DNA of 13,190 bases from an uncultured Erysipelotrichaceae bacterium. Its GTDB lineage: Bacteria; Bacillota_I; Bacilli_A; Erysipelotrichales; Erysipelotrichaceae. The DNA lies in the NCBI GenBank assembly GCA_964457525.1, contig CAYWGS010000038.1, positions 1 through 13,190 on the forward strand, given 5' to 3'. The notes below the pieces were generated by a model that worked only from the letters and a program-made list of their open reading frames with translations, was not told the origin of the DNA and did not search any database. The translations under genes and the position numbers were made by a program. Of this stretch, positions 1-7,076 are shown one piece after another; position 1 is the first letter of the stretch, and the number at the start of each line of letters is the position of its first letter.

Positions 1-63
1 GTTTAAGCTTTCTATTCTAATATCACTGTTTTGTGTTTTACTGGGAGATAAGATAATTTTCAT
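1..63 (-). CDS. First 21 codons of a YaaA/UPF0246 (DUF328)-like protein, truncated by the window edge
   Basis: Reverse complement of 1..63 reads ATG AAA ATT ATC TTA TCT CCC AGT AAA ACA CAA..., giving MKIILSPSKTQNSDIRIESLN. The M-x-I-x-x-SP-x-K N-terminus is typical of the YaaA family. Only 21 aa are visible and there is no clear SD. Confidence 0.35.
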   Translation of the reverse strand, partial: MKIILSPSKTQNSDIRIESLN

Positions 64-131
64 AGACACTATTTTAACATATTAAAAATATTGTTAAATC
101 ATTAAGCATATTAACTTTAAAAGAGATATAT

Positions 132-506
132 TTGTGGCATACTAATATCATGAATCAAAGCAAATCTCTTATTAAAATAGTTTATTTAGTCGCAAGTATT
201 TTCTTATTTTACTCTGGTTATACTTACTTTATTGAAAAAGACTATTGGCAATTATTCTTGAACATCGAGTTTCTAATGATCCTATTCTATATGAACTTCA
301 TCTATAAGAAACAAGCGCTAAACCTAACTCGGATGTCGATTCTATTCTTGATAATTCATTTTATCGGTTATGGAATCAATGCCTACTTCTTACACAACTC
401 ATTTAAAATGATCTTAAGTATTCTATTGGTGATTGGAATGTTGGTGTATTTATTATTCAAAAAGAAAAAGAAGTATACAATTCACTTGAACAAAAAGTTT
501 AAGTGA
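132..506 (+). CDS. Hypothetical small integral membrane protein (about 4 TM segments), lysine-rich C-terminus
   Basis: Hydrophobic 124-aa ORF. The TTG at 132 has a weak AAGAG about 7 nt upstream; an alternative ATG at 150 (MNQSK...) has no SD, so the start is uncertain. No recognisable family motif. Followed directly by a terminator. Confidence 0.55.
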   Translation: MWHTNIMNQSKSLIKIVYLVASIFLFYSGYTYFIEKDYWQLFLNIEFLMILFYMNFIYKKQALNLTRMSILFLIIHFIGYGINAYFLHNSFKMILSILLVIGMLVYLLFKKKKKYTIHLNKKFK

Positions 507-513
507 TTTTTTT
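483..513 (+). terminator. Intrinsic terminator of the 132..506 gene
   Basis: CACTTGAAC (483-491), loop AAAAA, GTTTAAGTG (497-505). This is a 9-bp stem with one G-U pair, followed by T7 (507-513). It overlaps the TGA stop. Confidence 0.6.
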
Positions 514-633
514 ATGGGCATTGTGTTTGAAAGAACGATGATAATACACTAAATTATATGTACATCAAATGGACTTCAGGTCAAAGTTGAAGCAAATTCT
601 GATTGATGACAATGGAATTCTGAAAGGAGATTT

Positions 634-2319
634 ATGAAAGAATCTATTACCATTGTTTTATCGGGTGAGGCTGGTCAAGGACTACAGACCGTTGAAGAAT
701 TTTTAGTCGAGTCACTTACCCATGAAACATACGTCTTTTCTTCTAAAGAAGTAATGAGTCGAGTTAGGGGAGGTAATAACTCGGTTGAAATTCGTATATC
801 GAATCACCCCATTCAGGCATTACGCTATACGATCGATTATTTATTTCTCTTTAACAATCATTCATTAGAAAGACTCGTTCCTCGTTTACACGATAAAACA
901 CAAATTATCGGTGAGGCATCTTTTTTAACGGATGAACAAAAGAAACAGTTTAATTTTACTGAAATGAACTTTATTGAAATTGCGAAACAAGCTGGCAATC
1001 GTATGTACTTTAATGTTGCGATGTTTGGCTTTATTTCAGGCTTACTCAATAGTTCTAAATCATTTGCACATCAAACCATTACAAAACGATTTATCCGCAA
1101 AGGTGAAGACGTTGTGAGTGGTAACATTCAAGCATTTGATCTAGGGTATGAACTCGCACAAGGATCCCCAATCAAACTTGATTTCAAACCTAATGATAAC
1201 TTTAAGCCACTCAAAGTTATGACTGGGAATGATGTATTAAGCATTGGAGCCTTAGCCGGTGGTGTAAACTATCTTGCGGCATATCCAATGTCTCCAGGAA
1301 CAACGTTAATGCAACTTCTGGAAGCTAAAACCAATGAATTTGGTGTTCTTGTGGAACAAGCTGAAGATGAAATCGCTGCATTAAACATGGTTATTGGCGC
1401 TTGGTATGCAGGTGCTCGTGCTCTAACCACAACCTCTGGTGGAGGTTTTGCCTTAATGACTGAAGCAGTTAGTTTAGCAGGCATTACAGAAAACCCTGCC
1501 GTTATTCATGTTGCACAAAGACCTGGACCTGCTACAGGACTTCCAACACGTACCGAACAAGCTGATTTAAATCTTGTCTTATATGCTGGTCATGGTGAAT
1601 TCCCACGTATCATCTTCGCGCCAGGTAAACTAGCAACAGGTGTTGAACTCATGGCACGTGCATTCCATTTAGCGGATAAGTATCAAGTTCCTGTATTCAT
1701 GTTAAGTGATCAATATTGGTTAGAATCCTTAGCTCAAACGGATACAATTGTACTACCAAGAGACTATGCACAAAATCATATTGTAGAAACAACTCGTGAC
1801 TATAAACGTTATGCGTTTGACGCTAGTGGAATTTCTCCAAGAGGTATTCCAGGCTTTGGTAAGGGATTTGTCAAAGTTGATAGTGATGAACATGATGAAG
1901 AAGGATTACTCACAGAATCCTTTGATATGCGTGTAAGAATGCATGAGAAACGGTTAAACAAATTCAATCTAATGAAAGAAGATTTATTAGAACCAACGAT
2001 TGAAGGAAACCCAGATAAGAAGAATTTAGTCATTGGATGGGGATCAACCTATGGTGTAATCTCTGAAATTGTCTCTGATAATCCTGAGTTTACACATGTC
2101 CATTTTGAACACATCTATCCACTTCCTGATTCAGTTGAAGACTTATTAAGAAATGCAGATAAGATTATCGTTGTGGAAAATAACGCAACTGGTCAATTCG
2201 CAAATCTATTACAAATGACATATGGAATTAAACTCAATCAACGTATTCTAAAGTACAATGGAGAACCGTTCCATGTGGATGAGCTTGAACAAAAGCTAAA
2301 GGAGAAAGCACATGACTAA
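634..2319 (+). CDS. 2-oxoacid:acceptor (ferredoxin) oxidoreductase, alpha subunit (fused gamma+alpha domains, KorA-type)
   Basis: 561 aa. An N-terminal gamma-type domain (ITIVLSGEAGQGLQTVEEF) is followed by the alpha domain (AAYPMSPGT, TTTSGGGFALM, HVAQRPGPATGLPTRTEQ). SD AAGGAG at 624-629. The 3' end overlaps the beta-subunit start by 8 nt (ATGACTAA). Confidence 0.9.
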   Translation: MKESITIVLSGEAGQGLQTVEEFLVESLTHETYVFSSKEVMSRVRGGNNSVEIRISNHPIQALRYTIDYLFLFNNHSLERLVPRLHDKTQIIGEASFLTDEQKKQFNFTEMNFIEIAKQAGNRMYFNVAMFGFISGLLNSSKSFAHQTITKRFIRKGEDVVSGNIQAFDLGYELAQGSPIKLDFKPNDNFKPLKVMTGNDVLSIGALAGGVNYLAAYPMSPGTTLMQLLEAKTNEFGVLVEQAEDEIAALNMVIGAWYAGARALTTTSGGGFALMTEAVSLAGITENPAVIHVAQRPGPATGLPTRTEQADLNLVLYAGHGEFPRIIFAPGKLATGVELMARAFHLADKYQVPVFMLSDQYWLESLAQTDTIVLPRDYAQNHIVETTRDYKRYAFDASGISPRGIPGFGKGFVKVDSDEHDEEGLLTESFDMRVRMHEKRLNKFNLMKEDLLEPTIEGNPDKKNLVIGWGSTYGVISEIVSDNPEFTHVHFEHIYPLPDSVEDLLRNADKIIVVENNATGQFANLLQMTYGIKLNQRILKYNGEPFHVDELEQKLKEKAHD

Positions 2320-3160
2320 TTTCAACTTTAATCATGATATTGATATGGCATGGTGTCCTGGATGTGGTAACTTCCCAATCCGTGACATGATTATTGAAGC
2401 ACTCAATGAACTTAACCTTGATCCATCCCAAGTTGTCTTCTCATCCGGAATCGGTCAAGCCGCAAAAATGCCACAGTACATTGATTCCAATTACTTCAAT
2501 GGACTTCATGGTCGTGGCTTATCCGTCGCAAGTGCAATTTCAGCAGTCAACCCTGAACTTGTGGTAATTGCGGAAGGTGGTGATGGTGATATGTATGGTG
2601 AAGGTGGTAACCACTTAATTCACAACATTCGTCGTAATCCAAACTTATTACACATTGTCCATGACAACATGGTTTATGGTCTTACTAAAGGGCAAGCAGC
2701 CCCAACATCCCCTGTTGGACTTGTGACGCCAACTCAGATTGATGGTGTTTACAATGAACCCATCAATCCTATGGCTTTAGCATTATCCCTTGGTGCAACT
2801 TTCGTAGCACGTGGTTTTAGTGGTGACAAACAAAAGACAAAAGAATTGATTAAACAAGCTATTCAACACAAAGGCTATGCGATTCTTGATATCTTCCATC
2901 CATGTGTCACCTACAATAAGATCAATACCTTTGCATGGTTCAAACGTAATACTTACTGGTTGGATGAATCATATGATAAGACAAACCTAGAATCTGCTCT
3001 TAAAGTAGCACTTGATATGGATAAATTAGCGTGCGGTATCTTGTACCAGAATACAAATACACCAGATTACCATACACGTAATCCATTCTATAAAGGTGAT
3101 CTTACCCCATTCTATAAAAAGACGAGAGATCTAGATCAAGTTGAAGCATTGCTTCAATAA
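2312..3160 (+). CDS. 2-oxoacid:ferredoxin oxidoreductase, beta (TPP-binding) subunit (KorB-type)
   Basis: 282 aa. Motifs: WCPGCGN (CxxC), GGDGD...NHLIH...YGLTKGQ TPP/Mg motif, and HPCVTYN. Translationally coupled to the alpha subunit. Substrate (2-oxoglutarate, pyruvate or other) cannot be told from sequence alone. Confidence 0.9.
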   Translation: MTNFNFNHDIDMAWCPGCGNFPIRDMIIEALNELNLDPSQVVFSSGIGQAAKMPQYIDSNYFNGLHGRGLSVASAISAVNPELVVIAEGGDGDMYGEGGNHLIHNIRRNPNLLHIVHDNMVYGLTKGQAAPTSPVGLVTPTQIDGVYNEPINPMALALSLGATFVARGFSGDKQKTKELIKQAIQHKGYAILDIFHPCVTYNKINTFAWFKRNTYWLDESYDKTNLESALKVALDMDKLACGILYQNTNTPDYHTRNPFYKGDLTPFYKKTRDLDQVEALLQ

Positions 3161-3200
3161 AAAAATAACACATTAATCATTCTGGTTAATGTGTTTTTCT
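3161..3200. terminator. Bidirectional intrinsic terminator shared by the convergent oxidoreductase operon and kinase gene
   Basis: Perfect 10-bp stem AACACATTAA (3167-3176) / TTAATGTGTT (3186-3195) with a 9-nt loop. It is flanked by an A-run (3159-3165) and a T-run (3194-3198). The hairpin lies inside the last 8 codons of the minus-strand kinase ORF. Confidence 0.65.
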
Positions 3201-3934
3201 TTGAGTGATTGATACAAAGATTCAATTAAATTTAGTGTTCGTGGATTTTGTTCTTCATTTAAACGTAAGAGAGCCATAATAAAGATTGCTTCATCCAACC
3301 ATTCTGTATTAATTGAACAATCTTTCTTAATCATTCGTAAATATTTCTGACCTAATCGAAATACATACTCATTCATGATGATATAGGATCGAGCATAATC
3401 AAAGATGGGATTCCCTTCTTTCGCATTAACCCAATCAATAACCGTAATTTGATCATGATTCATCATAATATTTAAGAAATGTAAATCCAGATGAAGCAAT
3501 GTACTTCCATCCTCAATCAGATTAAGAAGCTGATACGCAAGATTGATATAATCCTTATCAATCATTACCTTTGTTAATTCTTCTTTCGTAATCACCTTAA
3601 ATGAAGGTAAATTTAAATCATGATTACTATGAATCTCTTTCTGTAGTTTAATAAGTATCTCAACAGAATGCTTAAGCTTCTTATCAAACAGTAAATCACC
3701 TAATGTCTTACCTTGAACAAGATCCATTTTTATACAGTTTGTATCAAGAATATCCCAATATTTAATCACAGGTAGATTCGTTCGATTAATCTTTTTTTGA
3801 AGATCATATTCGTATTGTATCCATTCTTTTGGATAATTATCATTAAACACTTTATAGGCAAAAGTTCCATCACTTAATACAAGCGCTTGTTTACCTTTAC
3901 CGATTACTTGATATTTATCATCAAATTTGAACAT
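3173..3934 (-). CDS. Aminoglycoside/choline-kinase-fold phosphotransferase (APH family), substrate unknown
   Basis: 253 aa. Gly-rich loop VIGKGKQALV plus lysine in AYKVF; catalytic loop HLDLHFLN (H-x-D-x4-N); metal-binding VIDW. SD AGAGG lies 6 nt upstream of the ATG. Confidence 0.75.
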   Translation of the reverse strand: MFKFDDKYQVIGKGKQALVLSDGTFAYKVFNDNYPKEWIQYEYDLQKKINRTNLPVIKYWDILDTNCIKMDLVQGKTLGDLLFDKKLKHSVEILIKLQKEIHSNHDLNLPSFKVITKEELTKVMIDKDYINLAYQLLNLIEDGSTLLHLDLHFLNIMMNHDQITVIDWVNAKEGNPIFDYARSYIIMNEYVFRLGQKYLRMIKKDCSINTEWLDEAIFIMALLRLNEEQNPRTLNLIESLYQSLKEKHINQND

Positions 3935-3945
3935 AATTAACCTCT

Positions 3946-3970
3946 AAAAAAACCGTAAAATCTACGGTTT
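3946..3970 (-). terminator. Intrinsic terminator after the YtvI-like gene, abutting the kinase RBS
   Basis: The minus strand reads AAACCGTA-GATTT-TACGGTTT followed by TTTTT, then AGAGG (kinase SD). The hairpin starts at the stop codon of the upstream gene. Confidence 0.55.
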
Positions 3971-5063
3971 AAACTTCTTCACTTGATTCTTTGTATAGTC
4001 TAATCTTTCCACTATCATGCAAACCTTTTAATATTGCTAAGGTAATTGGGAAAGATAATAGTCCAGCCACACCAAATAAACTTGTTCCTAGATACATCGC
4101 AAATAAAGTCACAATTGGATGTAAACCCACTTGATCACCCACAACCTTAGGTTCGATAATATTTCGTATCACAGTCACAACAATATAGATAATCAATAGT
4201 CCAATCCCTAAGTTTGTATTCCCTTCCATAAAGTTAATAATGGTCCAAGGAATCATAACTCCACCGGTACCCATAACAGGAAGAACATCAAAGATTGCGA
4301 TTAAGAATGCAATAATAATTGCTTTATCAATGCCAAGAATACTCAAACCAATCGTTAATTCTAAGAAGGTAATCGACATAATAATAAAATATGACTTAAT
4401 GTACTTCTTGATGGTTGAACCTAGGAATTCTTGAGCATTTAATAATAAAGAACGATGATTTGGCTTTAGTTGATTGAGTAGGAATGTCACGATATTATGA
4501 TAATCTATCGTAAAGAAGAACGAAGAAATAATCGTCAACAATAAGTTAATAAATAAAGAAGGAATACGATTTGCATAGTTTGAAATCCATGCGACTGAGA
4601 AAACAGATACACTTGAGATAATATCTCCAAACGTTTGTAATAAATTCTTATTATACTCAAGAATGGATTCATAAATAACTGGATCAAGTTTTTCAGCCAT
4701 GATTAGGAGATTATTTAATCCATCACTTAACCATGGATATAACGTATTCTCATATAAATCTGGTAATGTTTGGAAAAGTGATTTAACATAATTAAATATT
4801 TCAACACCAAACCACAACAATAACGTAACAAAGATTGTATAGAACATAATAATTGTAAACAAGGACACAAACTTCATTGGGACTTTGCTTACATGATGTA
4901 ATTTCCGAATTAATGGTTTTAGTATATAGGCTATCGCAAATCCAATTAGAAACGGTAGGATGAGTGGAATTGCATAATGTAATACAAAAAAGATGCTTAA
5001 ACCTAAAACAGCGACATATACAATATCAATAATTACTCTCTTCTTTTTCTCTGTTGTCATCAT
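3969..5063 (-). CDS. AI-2E family transporter / YtvI-like sporulation integral membrane protein
   Basis: 364 aa, polytopic (about 8 TM). The N-terminal LILPFLIGFAIAYILKPLI and C-terminal EPKVVGDQVGLHPIVTLFAMYLG segments are typical of the PerM/AI-2E (YtvI) family. SD AGAGG. Confidence 0.8.
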   Translation of the reverse strand: MMTTEKKKRVIIDIVYVAVLGLSIFFVLHYAIPLILPFLIGFAIAYILKPLIRKLHHVSKVPMKFVSLFTIIMFYTIFVTLLLWFGVEIFNYVKSLFQTLPDLYENTLYPWLSDGLNNLLIMAEKLDPVIYESILEYNKNLLQTFGDIISSVSVFSVAWISNYANRIPSLFINLLLTIISSFFFTIDYHNIVTFLLNQLKPNHRSLLLNAQEFLGSTIKKYIKSYFIIMSITFLELTIGLSILGIDKAIIIAFLIAIFDVLPVMGTGGVMIPWTIINFMEGNTNLGIGLLIIYIVVTVIRNIIEPKVVGDQVGLHPIVTLFAMYLGTSLFGVAGLLSFPITLAILKGLHDSGKIRLYKESSEEV

Positions 5064-5118
5064 AAACCTCTATAATAAGAGTTTATCATACTTAAGATTA
5101 ATCTAACATTAATCCCAT

Positions 5119-5152
5119 AAAAAAAGATACTTAGTCAATAAACTAAATATCT
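5119..5152 (-). terminator. Intrinsic terminator of wrbA
   Basis: AGATACTTAGT (5125-5135) / ACTAAATATCT (5142-5152): an 11-bp stem with one mismatch and a 6-nt loop. On the minus strand it is followed by T7 (5119-5125). Confidence 0.5.
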
Positions 5153-5160
5153 TTAAGAGA

Positions 5161-5757
5161 TTATTTTAATTTAGCCGCAACTTCTAATAGACGCTTAACT
5201 TGGTGTTCAACCGCTGGACGAACATTTTCAACCATCTTACCTTCTTGGTTAATTGTTACGCTGGTACCATAAGGGTTACCACCTGCTAAACCAACGGATG
5301 CGTCTGTATAACCAGGTGTTACAACAATTGCTCCCCAGTGGAACATGCTTGTGTATAAGCTTAGAAGTGTTGCTTCTTGACCACCATGTGGGTTTTGTGC
5401 AGAAGTCATAGCACTCACTGCTTTATTAACTGTTTTACCTGTAGCCCAGATACCACCTTGAATATCAATGAATTGTTTAAATTGTGAAGGAACATTCCCA
5501 AAACGAGTTGGTACTGCGAATAATACTGCATCTGCCCAAACGATATCATCAGAGTTCGCTACTGGAATATCTTTGGTTGCTTCTTGGTTTGCCTTCCAAC
5601 CTGGTTGTGAATCAATAACTGCTTGTGGAGCTAATTCTTGAATTTGACGAACACGTACTTCGGCTCCTAATTTTAACGCAGCTTCTTCAGCCCATTTCGC
5701 CATTTGAACGTTTGATCCATATGTACTATAGTAAATAATCGATAATTTTGTAGACAT
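5161..5757 (-). CDS. wrbA: NAD(P)H:quinone oxidoreductase, type IV (WrbA, flavodoxin-like fold)
   Basis: 198 aa. Motifs: IIYYSTYGS, PTRFGN, QGGIWATG, HGGQE and GGNPYG, which line up with E. coli WrbA motifs (LYYSMYGH, PTRFGN, GGLW, GGGQE, GGTPYG). SD AAGGAG (5767-5772, minus strand). Confidence 0.88.
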   Translation of the reverse strand: MSTKLSIIYYSTYGSNVQMAKWAEEAALKLGAEVRVRQIQELAPQAVIDSQPGWKANQEATKDIPVANSDDIVWADAVLFAVPTRFGNVPSQFKQFIDIQGGIWATGKTVNKAVSAMTSAQNPHGGQEATLLSLYTSMFHWGAIVVTPGYTDASVGLAGGNPYGTSVTINQEGKMVENVRPAVEHQVKRLLEVAAKLK

Positions 5758-5773
5758 TAAACTTTTCTCCTTG

Positions 5774-5790
5774 TTACTTTTTGTAAGTAA
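5774..5790 (-). promoter_or_regulatory. Dyad operator box 1 (TTACTT-N5-AAGTAA; contains TACT-N7-AGTA), predicted YodB-type repressor site over the wrbA transcription start
   Basis: Perfect 6-bp inverted arms. A 15-nt core ACTTTTTGTAAGTAA (5776-5790) is repeated exactly at 5835-5849. It lies between the predicted -10 and the SD of wrbA. Confidence 0.5.
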
Positions 5791-5794
5791 TTAG

Positions 5795-5823
5795 AGTATA
5801 TCGAATGTCTATTGTATTATCAA
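5795..5823 (-). promoter_or_regulatory. Predicted sigma-A-type promoter of wrbA
   Basis: The minus strand reads TTGATA (5823-5818), a 17-nt spacer, then TATACT (5800-5795). It is about 25 nt upstream of the SD. Confidence 0.45.
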
Positions 5824-5832
5824 TCAATATGC

Positions 5833-5849
5833 TCACTTTTTGTAAGTAA
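5833..5849 (-). promoter_or_regulatory. Dyad operator box 2 (TCACTT-N5-AAGTAA), upstream of the wrbA -35
   Basis: Exact 15-nt repeat of the box 1 core, 59 bp away from it. One arm mismatch. It sits between the yodB-like terminator and the wrbA -35. Confidence 0.45.
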
Positions 5850-5850
5850 A

Positions 5851-5874
5851 TAAAAACACCTTATTTCTAAGGTG
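5851..5874 (-). terminator. Intrinsic terminator of the YodB-like regulator gene
   Basis: CACCTTA (5857-5863) / TAAGGTG (5868-5874) with a 4-nt loop. On the minus strand it is followed by TTTTTA. It starts 1 nt after the TAG stop. Confidence 0.6.
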
Positions 5875-6165
5875 CTATAAGTTTTTATCTGCAAATGTTT
5901 GTATGGAGTCTAAGGACTGATTTAAATCATGTCCAAGTTGTGTAAGATGATAATGATGATCAATATGTTCAATTAGACCTTCAACTTCCAACTCCTTCAA
6001 TCTTTCTGTTAATACTTTATCACTACAATTGTGTAAACAACTAGCTAGTTCAGTGAAGCGCATTGGTTGATCTTGAAGGCATCTTAAAATAAGCCCATTC
6101 CATCGTTTACCGAGCCATTTAAATACTTTTTCATACTTTGGACAAAGTTTATAGTCTACTTTCAT
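5875..6165 (-). CDS. yodB: HxlR/DUF24-family winged-helix redox-sensing regulator, YodB-like
   Basis: 96 aa. CPKYEKVFKWLGKRWNGLILRCL...MRFTEL...SDKVLTERLKELE closely parallels B. subtilis YodB (CPKMESAFSLLGKRWNGLI...KRFKEI...SQKMLAERLKELE, from memory). The N-terminal Cys8 aligns with the sensing Cys6 of YodB. Confidence 0.85.
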   Translation of the reverse strand: MKVDYKLCPKYEKVFKWLGKRWNGLILRCLQDQPMRFTELASCLHNCSDKVLTERLKELEVEGLIEHIDHHYHLTQLGHDLNQSLDSIQTFADKNL

Positions 6166-6180
6166 ATTGTAAGTATACCA
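6157..6180 (-). promoter_or_regulatory. Possible extended -10 promoter (TGGTATACT) and degenerate operator overlapping the regulator start codon (possible leaderless mRNA and autoregulation)
   Basis: The minus strand reads TGGTATACT-TACAAT-ATG with no SD. TACTTACAA matches the box core, and TACTT/AAGTA arms are present with a 9-nt spacer (TACT-N11-AGTA) instead of the 5-nt spacer (TACT-N7-AGTA) of the wrbA boxes. Confidence 0.3.
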
Positions 6181-6260
6181 TAATTTATTTCAGTTTCATT
6201 CAATATGCATACAAACTGACATTATGGATTGTCTATGTTATTTTATTTAAGAGGTAAATT

Positions 6261-6737
6261 ATGATTGAACAAGCCTTTACATTAATTCGTACAAAGAAAT
6301 CTATTCTTCAAGCATCTCTATTTTTTATTGTATTTTTAATTATCTATACCCTTATTGATCGTAATAATTTAAGTTATACTGAAATGAGAAATCAATATGG
6401 TAATTTCTTAGTTTATACCAACATTTCTCTTAATATCGTTATGGCATTATTGAGTTCTCTTATGTTAATTTTAAGTACTGCAAATGCGACACTTAAAGGC
6501 AAAGAATCGATAGGTTCAAACTTATCCTTTGTGTCTGTTTTATTTGGTATCTTAACCTATGGCTGTACACCGTGTGTAATTGCCTTCTTTGGGAGTATCG
6601 GTATTGCTTTCTCAGTAATTGCCCTACCTTTAGCTGGCTTACCCTATAAATTTATTTCGTTATTGCTTATTGTGATTGGATTAGGTTGGACGTATTATGA
6701 AATTAAATATGGAACGTGTAAGGTAAAACAACAATGA
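6261..6737 (+). CDS. Hypothetical polytopic membrane protein with an intramembrane CxxC (GCTPCV)
   Basis: 158 aa, about 4 TM. The Cys-Thr-Pro-Cys motif lies at the start of a TM helix. SD AAGAGG (6249-6254). Divergent from the yodB-like gene. Overlaps the next gene by 4 nt (ATGA). Confidence 0.65.
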   Translation: MIEQAFTLIRTKKSILQASLFFIVFLIIYTLIDRNNLSYTEMRNQYGNFLVYTNISLNIVMALLSSLMLILSTANATLKGKESIGSNLSFVSVLFGILTYGCTPCVIAFFGSIGIAFSVIALPLAGLPYKFISLLLIVIGLGWTYYEIKYGTCKVKQQ

Positions 6738-7054
6738 AAAAGATCAGAATCATCGCATGGATTTCAACGCTTATTATGTTATTTATGATTGTATTCTCGC
6801 TTGTTACTGGAGACTTCTTTGAACAAGGTTCTATCCTTATGAGTCTTGTATGGGGTCAGATGAGTTTAGTTGATTTATATGTTGGATTTGCATTAGTTTA
6901 TGTTTGGATCTTCTATAAAGAAACAAAATTACTACCAAGAATTATCTGGGCTATTCTATTAATTGTGACTGGAAGTCTCGCAACTGCTCTCTATATTTTA
7001 ATTGAAAGTTATCGAGCTAAAACAATTGAAGATTTACTAATCGAAAAAAAATAG
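6734..7054 (+). CDS. Hypothetical small 3-TM membrane protein (possibly DUF1475-like)
   Basis: 106 aa, translationally coupled to the upstream gene. The WGQMSLVDLYVGFALVYVWIFY segment is the only conserved-looking stretch. The family assignment is a weak recollection only. Confidence 0.6.
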   Translation: MKKIRIIAWISTLIMLFMIVFSLVTGDFFEQGSILMSLVWGQMSLVDLYVGFALVYVWIFYKETKLLPRIIWAILLIVTGSLATALYILIESYRAKTIEDLLIEKK

Positions 7055-7075
7055 GAAATTAACTTTCCTATTTTT
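7044..7075. terminator. Bidirectional intrinsic terminator between the membrane-protein operon and degV
   Basis: ATAGGAAA (7051-7058) / TTTCCTAT (7064-7071) with loop TTAAC. It is flanked by A7 (7044-7050) and T4 (7072-7075). Confidence 0.65.
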
Positions 7076-7076
7076 G

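Noticed and set aside
514-590. Two mini-ORFs in the oxidoreductase leader (514..552, MGIVFERTMIIH; 558..590, MYIKWTSGQS) and an AATTCTGA direct repeat (595-602, 616-623). Considered as a leader peptide, attenuator or riboswitch.
   Set aside because: Neither mini-ORF has an SD. There are no alternative terminator/antiterminator hairpins and no recognisable riboswitch or T-box core. An 8-nt repeat in AT-rich DNA is expected by chance.
858-2033. Three minus-strand ORFs (858..1049, 1269..1484, 1809..2033) inside the oxidoreductase alpha-subunit gene
   Set aside because: They lie entirely antisense to a long, motif-rich CDS. They have low-complexity, Ser/Pro/Ala-rich or odd composition, no SD and no recognisable motifs. 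These are typical shadow ORFs.
2234-2431. Minus-strand 65-aa ORF spanning the alpha/beta subunit junction
   Set aside because: It is antisense to two well-supported, translationally coupled genes, with no RBS or motif. Shadow ORF.
4240-4434. Plus-strand 64-aa ORF inside the YtvI-like permease gene
   Set aside because: It is antisense to a convincing 364-aa membrane protein gene, with no SD. Shadow ORF.
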